From Devosia sp. (lineage in GTDB: Bacteria; Pseudomonadota; Alphaproteobacteria; Rhizobiales; Devosiaceae): a stretch of 64,000 bases of DNA. Where the stretch lies: the NCBI GenBank assembly GCA_030680995.1, contig JAUXUM010000082.1:1392-65391 (forward strand). Direction: 5' to 3'. A program made the translations under genes and the position numbers. Of the stretch, positions 50,451-57,644 are shown one piece after another. How positions within the stretch are numbered: position 1 is the first letter of the stretch; every line of letters starts with the position of its first letter. The notes beneath the pieces are model-generated. The model saw only the letters and a program-made list of their open reading frames with translations. It did not search any database and was not told where the DNA came from.

Positions 50451-51812
50451 TTATTTGATCGCGTCCCAGCTGGCCTGGATCTGGTCGGCGACTTCCCGGG
50501 CGGACTTGCCGCCGACGAAATCGACCATGCCGGTCCAGAAGCTGCCGGCGCCGACCGCGCCGGGCATCAGGTCCGAACCGTCGAAGCGGAAGGTGGTCGC
50601 CTGGAGCAGGATCTGGCCTTCGCCCTTGAGCGTATCGTTGCCGTAGGTTTCGACATTGGCCGACTTCAGGGTCGAAAGGAACCCCGACTGGGCCATCCAG
50701 ATCTCGTTGGAAATCGGATTGCCGAGGAAGTCGATGAAGGCGCGGGCCGCACCGGAATCCTTGGTGATGGTGGCCAGCGTACCGGCGCCGAGCACCGGCT
50801 TGCCGAGGTCCTTGCCGGCGAAGGCCGGGAAGTAGAAGAAGTCGGCGTCTTCGCCCAGCACCGTGCCCTCGGGGAAGAAGGACGGGATGAACGAAGCCTG
50901 GTGGTGCATGAAGCAGGCCGGCGGCACCGAGAACAGGCCGAGCGGGCTTTCGCGGAAGTCGGTGGTGCCCACGGCCGCGGCGCCGCCGGCGACCTTCTTG
51001 TCGTCCTTGGCGAACCAGCCGAAGAGCTCGAGCGCCTCGACGATCTTGGGGTCGTTGAACTTCAGATCGTTGGAGACCCAGGCGTCGTAGTCCTCGGGGC
51101 TCTGGGTGCGGAGCATGATGTCTTCCACCCAGTCGGTGGCCGGCCAGCCGGTGGCGCCGCCCGAACCCAGCCCGATGCACCAGGGCGTGTTGCCGTCGGC
51201 GACCATCTTCTCGGTCAGGGCCTGCAGGTCCTCGAAGGTCTGCGGCACTTCATAGCCGGCGTCGGCGAAGTTGTCGGGCGAGTACCAGACCAGCGACTTC
51301 AGGTCGGACTTGTAGGGCACCGCATAGAAGGTCGCATTGCCGTTCTTGTCGTTATAGGTGCCCAGGCTGACGAAGCTCTCGCCGGCCGCGTGGTTGTCGA
51401 GCACGAACTGCCTGGCTTCGTCGCCGAGCGGCACCAGGTAGCCCTTGGACGCCATGTCGGCGAGCAGGCCGGGCTGCGGCAGGATGGTGACGTTGGCCGG
51501 CGAGCCGGCGGCGGCGTCGATCTGGGCCTGCTGTTCGTAGTTTTCCGAGGAGCCGTATTCGACGGCGATGCCGGTGGCGTCGGTGAAGTAGGCGAGCACG
51601 GTCAGGAACTGCTCCTGGTCGCCGCCTTCGCGCCACGGACCCCAGATGGTGAGCTTCTGGCCTTCGAGACCCTTGTGGGAGTCCGCGAAGGTCTGGAGCG
51701 CATCCCAGCTGAAAGCGCCCTCGCCCTTGGGGAATTTGAAATCCTGGGCATTGGCGCCGGAAGCCAGGGCAATAGCAATGACGGAAACCCCCGCCAGAAG
51801 GTATTTGTGCAT
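50451..51812 (-). CDS. extracellular sugar-binding protein (CUT1)
   Basis: MHKYLLAGVSVIAIALASGANA signal peptide. GGGAGGA SD before the ATG at 51812. Confidence 0.85.
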   Translation of the reverse strand: MHKYLLAGVSVIAIALASGANAQDFKFPKGEGAFSWDALQTFADSHKGLEGQKLTIWGPWREGGDQEQFLTVLAYFTDATGIAVEYGSSENYEQQAQIDAAAGSPANVTILPQPGLLADMASKGYLVPLGDEARQFVLDNHAAGESFVSLGTYNDKNGNATFYAVPYKSDLKSLVWYSPDNFADAGYEVPQTFEDLQALTEKMVADGNTPWCIGLGSGGATGWPATDWVEDIMLRTQSPEDYDAWVSNDLKFNDPKIVEALELFGWFAKDDKKVAGGAAAVGTTDFRESPLGLFSVPPACFMHHQASFIPSFFPEGTVLGEDADFFYFPAFAGKDLGKPVLGAGTLATITKDSGAARAFIDFLGNPISNEIWMAQSGFLSTLKSANVETYGNDTLKGEGQILLQATTFRFDGSDLMPGAVGAGSFWTGMVDFVGGKSAREVADQIQASWDAIK

Positions 51813-51962
51813 GTAGTCCTCCCATCGCACATTCAGTCTTTCCGGTTCCGAAGGTTCGAACCCGGTCTTGTTTTCTTCCCGCAAGATGCATCCGGATCGG
51901 CGCTAGCGCCCCGGGCACCGTGCGGCAGGACGCGGCCTGCGCGCCCCCGCCTGCCCGGCGTT

Positions 51963-51993
51963 TCCAAAACGTTTTGGAACCAAAACGTTTTGG
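51963..51993. promoter_or_regulatory. two tandem palindromes CCAAAACGTTTTGG (LacI-family-type operators)
   Basis: TCCAAAACGTTTTGGA (51963-51978, a perfect 16-mer) and CCAAAACGTTTTGG (51980-51993), with centres 16 bp apart. They lie 150-180 nt upstream of the SBP gene. Confidence 0.5.
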
Positions 51994-52143
51994 GGGCCGA
52001 TTAATGAGCCTCGCGGGGCAGTTAGCGGTGGGTCAACGTCGCACAAAGCGCCGATCTTGCCAAGCCGGGTTTTGCGGCGCCCGGCGCCTATGGACGGGTA
52101 CGTACCTCAGGGGGCGAAGTCTTGGCCACTCTCGGCCGGGCCA

Positions 52144-52195
52144 CCCTTCCCCTTGCGGGAGAGGGGCGGCGCGTCAGCGCCGGGTGAGGGGTCGG
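52144..52195. repeat. REP-like element CCCTTCCCCTTGCGGGAGAGGGG...GGGTGAGGGGTCGG
   Basis: Shares both ends with 55126-55226 and the hairpin core with 44728-44750. Confidence 0.6.
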
Positions 52196-52332
52196 CGCGG
52201 GACCTGGCGCAGCCCAAGTCCGTCGCGCCGCCGGGTGGGGGGTATCGCCTGGCCCGTAGCCCGCTCGCCCCTCCCCGCCTTGCCAAACCGCCGAACGGCG
52301 CTAGGGTGGGGCGCGGGCGCGGGGGCAGTTCA

Positions 52333-52607
52333 TTGAGTTCGACAATCGAAGCATTCATAGCGCGCTGGCAGGGCCAGGAGGGCGGAGCGGAACGGGCCAA
52401 CTACGCGCTGTTCCTTTCCGAGCTCTGCGACGTGCTGGAAGTGCCGCGGCCCGCCCCGAACCCGCCTCGGCGGCGCACGAGCACAACGACTATGTGTTCG
52501 AGCGGGGCGGTTCAATCCGAAGCGAGGGCGGCGAGAGAAGCGCCAACAAGCGGATCGACCTCTACAAGAAGAACTACTTCATCCTCGAAGCCAAGCGGTC
52601 GCGGCAA
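52333..52607 (+). pseudogene. N-terminal remnant of a large Type IIG/IIL-like (MmeI-family-like) methyltransferase/restriction enzyme; frameshifted and truncated
   Basis: (L)[39 protein letters not shown] continues, after a one-nucleotide frame shift near 52450 (from the frame of track ORF 52057-52644 into that of 52494-53075), as [50 protein letters not shown] (D...EAK nuclease-like motif). The homology stops at about 52607. Confidence 0.55.
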
Positions 52608-52658
52608 CTACGAGTGTTCATGGCTTGTTCACGTCACGTTTTGATGCCATTGTTTCTT

Positions 52659-53075
52659 ATGGACACCCTTACGTCAGAGCAACGCAGCGAGCGGATGGGG
52701 CGCGTGAGGGGGCGCGACACCGGCACGGAAATGCGAGTTCGTCGACTTCTCTACCGACTTGGCTATCGCTACCGACTTCACGCCCGCGACCTTCCAGGAT
52801 GTCCGGACATTGTGTTTCGGCGGCGGAAAATCGCCGTGTTCGTGCACGGTTGTTTTTGGCATCGTCACACGGATCCAAACTGCAAGCTGGCTCGGCTACC
52901 CAAGTCGCGGTTGGATTTCTGGCTGCCAAAGCTTGAAGGCAATCGCCTGCGTGACCTCGAACGCCAGCGTGCGCTGAACGAACTCGGATGGCGGGTCCTG
53001 ATTGTCTGGGAATGCCAGACCCGGAACACAAGCGTGCTTGAAACAGTAATCCGTGAGAAATTGGGGGAACCATGA
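52659..53075 (+). CDS. vsr: very-short-patch repair endonuclease Vsr (second copy)
   Basis: SEQRSERMGRVRGRDT..E, GYRYRLH, GCPDIVF and FVHGCFWH. About 45% aa identity by eye to the copy at 44884-45297. Confidence 0.9.
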   Translation: MDTLTSEQRSERMGRVRGRDTGTEMRVRRLLYRLGYRYRLHARDLPGCPDIVFRRRKIAVFVHGCFWHRHTDPNCKLARLPKSRLDFWLPKLEGNRLRDLERQRALNELGWRVLIVWECQTRNTSVLETVIREKLGEP

Positions 53076-54283
53076 AGTCTATCGAGCTATTTGCGGGTGC
53101 CGGCGGCCTTGGGATGGGGGTGTCGCTTGCGGGCTTCGAGCCAATTCAGGTGGTCGAATGGGATAGTTATTGCTGTGACACCATTCGCGAGAATCGTGAG
53201 CGTGGAATAGCACCCATGGCTTCGTGGCCGCTTACGCAAGCTGATGTTCGCGCCGTTGATTTCGGAAGCAACGAAGGCAAAGTCGAGCTGGTCACCGGTG
53301 GCCCTCCATGTCAGCCGTTTTCCATAGGCGGCAGGCACCGCGCGTTCAACGATGCGCGTGACATGTTTCCTCAGGCCGTGCGCGCTCTGCGAGAGGTCAA
53401 GCCAAAGGCTTTCATCTTCGAGAATGTGAAAGGCCTTACTCGGCAGACATTCCGGAACTACTTCGAATACATCCGACTCCAAATGATACATCCAGAAGTC
53501 ACGGCTCGACACGATGAAAGTTGGGCGGGCCATCACGCCCGCTTGGAGCAGCACGAGAGTAGCGGCGGCCGATCGGGTCTGAGCTACAATGTGATAGTCC
53601 ATCTTGCTAACGCCGCCGACTATGGGGTGCCTCAACGTCGCGAAAGAGTTTTCTTCGTCGGCTTTCGGAGCGATCTTGGAATCGCATGGCGTTTTCCCGC
53701 TGAAACACATTCAGCTGACGCTCTCGCTTGGGCCCAGTATCGCGATGGCGAATATTGGGACCGCCACCGCGCCGGATGGCGCGAACGAGCGACATCGGAG
53801 CGCGCCCGCGTGCGGGCCTGGCGTCTTCGGGAACGACCGGCAACCGTCCCCTGGCGCACGGTAAGGGATGCCATCGCCGACCTACCCGATCCAGAAATAG
53901 GCTCGGCGCCACATCGATATTTGAACCACCGCTTTCAACCAGGAGCGCGATCTTATGCGGGACACACAGGGAGCCCGTTCGACGAACCGGCAAAGACGCT
54001 GAAGGCGGGTGTTCACGGTGTGCCTGGCGGCGAAAACATGTTGTTGAAGCCAGACGGCTCGGTCCGTTATTTTACCGTGAGGGAGAGCGCTCGTCTCCAA
54101 ACATTCCCGGACGAGTTCCGATTCCACGGTTCCTGGACGGAATCCATGCGCCAGTTGGGTAACGCCGTCCCTGTAACTCTCGCGCGAATTGTCGCAAACG
54201 ACGTAATGCGCCATTTGGAGAACATGCTTGACGATCGGACCCTACAATCCGCTGGACAAACTAAGCCTCGCGCGAAGCATTGA
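53072..54283 (+). CDS. DNA (cytosine-5)-methyltransferase
   Basis: Motif I FAGAGG, IV GGPPCQPFS, VI FENVKG, VIII PQRRERVF, X GNAVPV. ATGA overlap with vsr. Confidence 0.9.
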   Translation: MKSIELFAGAGGLGMGVSLAGFEPIQVVEWDSYCCDTIRENRERGIAPMASWPLTQADVRAVDFGSNEGKVELVTGGPPCQPFSIGGRHRAFNDARDMFPQAVRALREVKPKAFIFENVKGLTRQTFRNYFEYIRLQMIHPEVTARHDESWAGHHARLEQHESSGGRSGLSYNVIVHLANAADYGVPQRRERVFFVGFRSDLGIAWRFPAETHSADALAWAQYRDGEYWDRHRAGWRERATSERARVRAWRLRERPATVPWRTVRDAIADLPDPEIGSAPHRYLNHRFQPGARSYAGHTGSPFDEPAKTLKAGVHGVPGGENMLLKPDGSVRYFTVRESARLQTFPDEFRFHGSWTESMRQLGNAVPVTLARIVANDVMRHLENMLDDRTLQSAGQTKPRAKH

Positions 54284-54911
54284 GGCGGAGATTCTGTCGC
54301 GCGAGATCAAGCCGATGGACACAACCGAGATTATTTCCGGCGCGGGAGTGTACGTCATTTACTATCGCGGAGGCTTCGAGCCGTACTCGGTCCTTTCCGA
54401 GGCAAACAAGGATGACTGGAACCGCCCAATTTACGTTGGAAAGGCAATTCCAAAGGGCGGCCGGAAAGGCGGAATCAGGCGCGATGCCGCAGCTCGCGGC
54501 ACGGCACTTGGATCGCGGTTGCGCAAGCATGCCGAGTCCATTCGCGCGACCAGCAATTTGAAGATTGGCGACTTTGTATTTCGCCACATCGTGCTCGACG
54601 ACATCTGGATACCTCTTGGTGAGAATATCCTTATCGAGACGTTCAAGCCGCTTTGGAACGTTGCTATCGAGGGCTTTGGCATCAATGACCCGGGCGCGGG
54701 ACGGCTAAAGCAAATGCGCTCACCGTGGGATGTTCTACACCCAGGCCGCGGATACGCGGATCGCTTGACCGGGGGAGGACCTGACCTCGAGGCAGTTCTC
54801 GGTCGTGTGGAAGACTACTGCCAAGGGCGTCCGCTCAAACCGCTGCCCAAACGGCTGGAAGAAGCTGCTAAGATCGCCAGTGAGGATGACCGAGGTGAGG
54901 TAGAGGGCTAG
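54228..54911 (+). CDS. GIY-YIG-type Type II restriction endonuclease, Eco29kI-family-like
   Basis: GVYVIYY...PIYVGKAIPKGGRKG (GIY-YIG-like) and the C-terminal GINDPGAGRLKQMRSPWDVLHPGR resemble the recalled Eco29kI/NgoMIII family. A TTG start overlaps the MTase by 56 nt. Alternative ATG at 54315. Confidence 0.6.
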   Translation: MTIGPYNPLDKLSLARSIEAEILSREIKPMDTTEIISGAGVYVIYYRGGFEPYSVLSEANKDDWNRPIYVGKAIPKGGRKGGIRRDAAARGTALGSRLRKHAESIRATSNLKIGDFVFRHIVLDDIWIPLGENILIETFKPLWNVAIEGFGINDPGAGRLKQMRSPWDVLHPGRGYADRLTGGGPDLEAVLGRVEDYCQGRPLKPLPKRLEEAAKIASEDDRGEVEG

Positions 54912-54934
54912 GCAAAGCAAGATTGAACCAATCG

Positions 54935-55096
54935 CGCCGTTTCGACTCCTTCCCCTTCCCCTTCCCCGATCCCGACGAGCGACTGAAGGCCGACATCGCC
55001 GAAAAGCTCGATGCGCACCGCAAGTCGGTACAGGCGACGCATCCCGACATCACGCTGACCGAGATGTACAATTTGCTGGAGAAGCTGCGGGCGGGT
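54935..55096 (+). pseudogene. C-terminal remnant of the same Type IIG/IIL-like enzyme family
   Basis: RRFDSFPFPFPDPDERLKADIAEKLDAHRKSVQATHPDITLTEMYNLLEKLRAG matches the recalled C-terminal signature (CFETFPFP...L..HR......P.LTLT.LYN.L). It is followed by REP sequence rather than the rest of the gene. Confidence 0.5.
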
Positions 55097-55125
55097 TCCA
55101 AGCCGGCCGCATCCACCGGCTCCCC

Positions 55126-55226
55126 CTCTCCCCTTGCGGGACTTCGAGGCGGTAGCGAAGCCATCATTCGCTCCGGTGGAGCGAATGAAGCCGAAGAAGG
55201 TGCCCGAAGGGCGGGTGAGGGGTCGG
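55126..55226. repeat. REP-like composite element (CTCTCCCCTTGCGGGA...GGGTGAGGGGTCGG with an internal hairpin CATTCGC/GCGAATG)
   Basis: Ends match 52144-52195. Read directly. Confidence 0.55.
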
Positions 55227-55243
55227 GGAGGGTGGCAAGAGAC

Positions 55244-55266
55244 CCCTCATCCGCCCCCGGATCAAG
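55244..55266. repeat. REP-like hairpin CCCCCGGATCAAGTCCGGGGGTC
   Basis: Exact reverse complement of 47974-47996. Confidence 0.75.
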
Positions 55267-55350
55267 TCCGGGGGTCCCTCCCCTCGAGGGCATTTATATA
55301 CTTGACAAAGCATAGGGCAAGATTCATAACAGGGACAAGGAGTTACCGCC

Positions 55351-56301
55351 ATGCGCCTCGATCACCCGGTTTTCACCAACGTTGACGCAGCCCGCGCCCA
55401 TCTTGAGGCGCAGCGCTGGCCCAATGGGCCGGTGTGCCCGCACTGCGGCAATGTCGATCAGGCCAAGATCACGGCCATGCAGGGCAAGGCGCATCGCCCT
55501 GGCCTCTACAATTGCAAGGAATGCCGCGAACAGTTCTCGGTCACGGTCGGAACCGTGTTCGAACGTTCCAAGATCGCGCTCAATGTGTGGATGCTGGCGA
55601 CGTTCCTGCTTTCGTCCAGCAAGAAGGGCATGAGCGCGCATCAGCTGCATCGCATGTTAGGCGTCACGTATAAGACCGCTTGGTTCATGGCGCACCGTAT
55701 CCGCGAAGCAATGGCACCGCTCAAGTCCGAAACCGGCCCATTGGGCGGCGAAGGCAAGATCGTTGAAGCCGATACTACCTACATCGGCGGCAAAGAGAAA
55801 AACAAGCACGCTGGCAAGCGCGACGGCAAGGCCATCGGCGGCATGGGCAAGCAGATCGTCCACACTCTCGTTGAGCGCGGCGGTCACGCCCGCTCGCACC
55901 ATATTGCCAACGTCACCGGCGACACGTTGCGTCCGATCCTCTTTACTCAGGTTGACCGCAAGTCGTCGCTGATGACGGATACCGCTGGCGGCTATCACCG
56001 CTTGGGCAAGGAATTTGCCCGTCACGAAACCGTCGATCATGGCGCTGACGAATACGTGCGCGGCGATGCCTACTCAAACACGGTCGAAGGCTATTTCAGC
56101 ATCCTCAAGCGCGGCATCATCGGCATCTATCACCATGTCAGCGAGGCGCACCTTATGCGTTACCTTGCCGAGTTCGATTTCCGCTACAACCATCGTTCCG
56201 CGCTCAAGATCAGCGATACGGAGCGCACCGATGCGGCACTGGCTGGCATCGGAGGCAAACGTTTGACCTATCGGCGGATTGGTGAAGGCGCGAACGCCTA
56301 A
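55351..56301 (+). CDS. IS1595-family transposase
   Basis: N-terminal Zn-ribbon CPHCG...CKEC, the segment KKGMSAHQLHRMLGVTYKTAWFMAHRIREAM, and a DDE-type core (EADTTYIGG; MTDTAGGY; NTVEGYFSILKRG). AAGGAG SD upstream. Confidence 0.85.
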   Translation: MRLDHPVFTNVDAARAHLEAQRWPNGPVCPHCGNVDQAKITAMQGKAHRPGLYNCKECREQFSVTVGTVFERSKIALNVWMLATFLLSSSKKGMSAHQLHRMLGVTYKTAWFMAHRIREAMAPLKSETGPLGGEGKIVEADTTYIGGKEKNKHAGKRDGKAIGGMGKQIVHTLVERGGHARSHHIANVTGDTLRPILFTQVDRKSSLMTDTAGGYHRLGKEFARHETVDHGADEYVRGDAYSNTVEGYFSILKRGIIGIYHHVSEAHLMRYLAEFDFRYNHRSALKISDTERTDAALAGIGGKRLTYRRIGEGANA

Positions 56302-56869
56302 GCAAAGGCTCAAGAAGTTGAAGCAAGTCGGCAAGAAGTGGAAAACTTCCCGCCGACTCGACTCCAAGTAGTCATCGGCCTAATTCTGGATTCGCAACCC
56401 GAGGCAATGGGGGCTGGCGGACACCAGCTTAGCCGGAGCAGGTTGCAGTCCTTGTTCGAGACTGGAGCGCAGCCCTCAGACGGCCAAGCGCGAAAATCTC
56501 TCGATGTCCCGAGGACACTATGGATGCCGGTGCGCACCGATGCCCATGGGCCGATACACCAGCCAACGGCGGCAAAACCGTTCTGACTGGCATGACTCAC
56601 GAAACCCCAAAGGTTCCGTGGCCACGGGCCTAGGATTTCACCATGAAACCCAAGGTCTCCATCAAGTGGAAATATGACGTCGCCCTATGCCTCTTTGGCC
56701 TTGCGGCTACGCTTCACGGGCTCGCTGCGCTCGTGACTGCTTTCCACTCCTAAGCGGGGAGCGCTCGGCTTAGGCCGGGCGCTTTCGCTATGCGGCTTCG
56801 GCGGACTCGTGAGCATCCGCTTTAGCGTCTCGTTGAACTTGGTTTCGTCGTCTTTGGAGGAATTACCCA

Positions 56870-57517
56870 ATGTCCGAACCCATACCGCCGGAGTTGCTGG
56901 AACGACTTAAGACCCTCCATGAGGTTCGCGTCCCTCTCACAGTGGGTAGGGCAACCGTAGCATGGAACACGCTTTCTGGCTGCATCTTCGATCTGTTCAG
57001 TATGCTCTCTGAGATGGGGACCGACGCTGCCAAGGCGACGTTCTTCACGGTTGCCTCCGACCGTTCCCAACGAGACATGGTGAGCAACCTGGTTGAGCTA
57101 CGCATCGGCAAGCTCAACCCAAAACTCGCGAAAGATGCCCAGACCCTCCTAGGTGAGGCAAACAAACTCGCCGGGAAGCGCAACGACATCCTGCATGTGG
57201 TGTTCATTGACGACCTCGACCCCAGCAAGGTCAGTCAACTTCAGGAACGAGGGCATCTGCGCGGTAAGGCGGGGGCCGACCTGCTAGACGCAATAGATAC
57301 GTTCGCTATCGCGTCCCTCGATCTCTGTCTCAAGATTCAGCATCTACGGGGGGACCTGCTAGACATGCCTCTCTACCAAAACCGAATGATGGCCGTAGAA
57401 CTTCTTCGACGTAACGCTCAGCGAAAAGCGGCAGAATTGGCCAATCCGAGGGAATACGGTCTCCTAGATTTTCCTGCCACCACGCCACCGTCGCCGCTAG
57501 AAGACCAGCAGGAATAG
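56870..57517 (+). CDS. hypothetical helical protein with a HEPN-type Rx4H motif (candidate RNase/toxin), passenger of the IS element
   Basis: 215 aa with a strong GGAGGA SD. The motif K-R104-N-D-I-L-H109 (nt 57179-57196) is preceded by helical LLGEANKLAG. No family could be confirmed without a search. Confidence 0.45.
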   Translation: MSEPIPPELLERLKTLHEVRVPLTVGRATVAWNTLSGCIFDLFSMLSEMGTDAAKATFFTVASDRSQRDMVSNLVELRIGKLNPKLAKDAQTLLGEANKLAGKRNDILHVVFIDDLDPSKVSQLQERGHLRGKAGADLLDAIDTFAIASLDLCLKIQHLRGDLLDMPLYQNRMMAVELLRRNAQRKAAELANPREYGLLDFPATTPPSPLEDQQE

Positions 57518-57644
57518 CGGACGCATCTGTGGCGTCTGAAGAAACGTCGGCCTGTCGGCTCGAATCACTAGCAGGGGAGTTTTGCTTTGTCACGTATATA
57601 CTTCCCCCCTCGAGGGGAGGGGACCCGACTGAGAGTCTTCACCC

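Larger units (their letters stand above)
55281..57605 (+). mobile_element. IS1595-family element with passenger DNA (about 2.3 kb)
   Basis: Terminal inverted repeats: TATATACTTGACAAAGCA at 55285-55302 against the reverse complement of 57583-57600 (TATATACGTGACAAAGCA), 17 of 18 matching. Flanked by direct CCCCTCGAGGG at 55270-55280 and 57606-57616. Contains the transposase and ORF 56870-57517. Confidence 0.7.

Noticed and set aside
51853-51862. GGTTCGAACC, a T-loop-like sequence suggesting a tRNA.
   Set aside because: It is a simple palindrome inside the 5' leader of the SBP gene. No acceptor, D or anticodon arms can be drawn around it.
44884-53075. The two inverted vsr genes as substrates for an inversion of the intervening 7 kb that would rejoin the enzyme remnants.
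   Set aside because: The Vsr proteins are only about 45% identical by eye, so nucleotide homology is too low. The remnants also appear to belong to different enzyme families (Type ISP-like versus MmeI-like).
52659-54911. Avoidance of the presumed CCGCGG target within the Eco29kI-like cassette.
   Set aside because: A hand scan found one CCGCGG (54746-54751) in about 2.25 kb. That is about what the lower GC content predicts, so no evidence of avoidance can be claimed.
56685-56870. 61-aa minus-strand ORF (GNSSKDDETKFNETLKRML...) as a divergent partner or antitoxin of the HEPN-like gene.
   Set aside because: It has only a TTG start and no SD. Its composition is Lys/Ser/Pro-rich and unstructured, and it overlaps the alternative small plus-strand ORF. 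There is no supporting motif.
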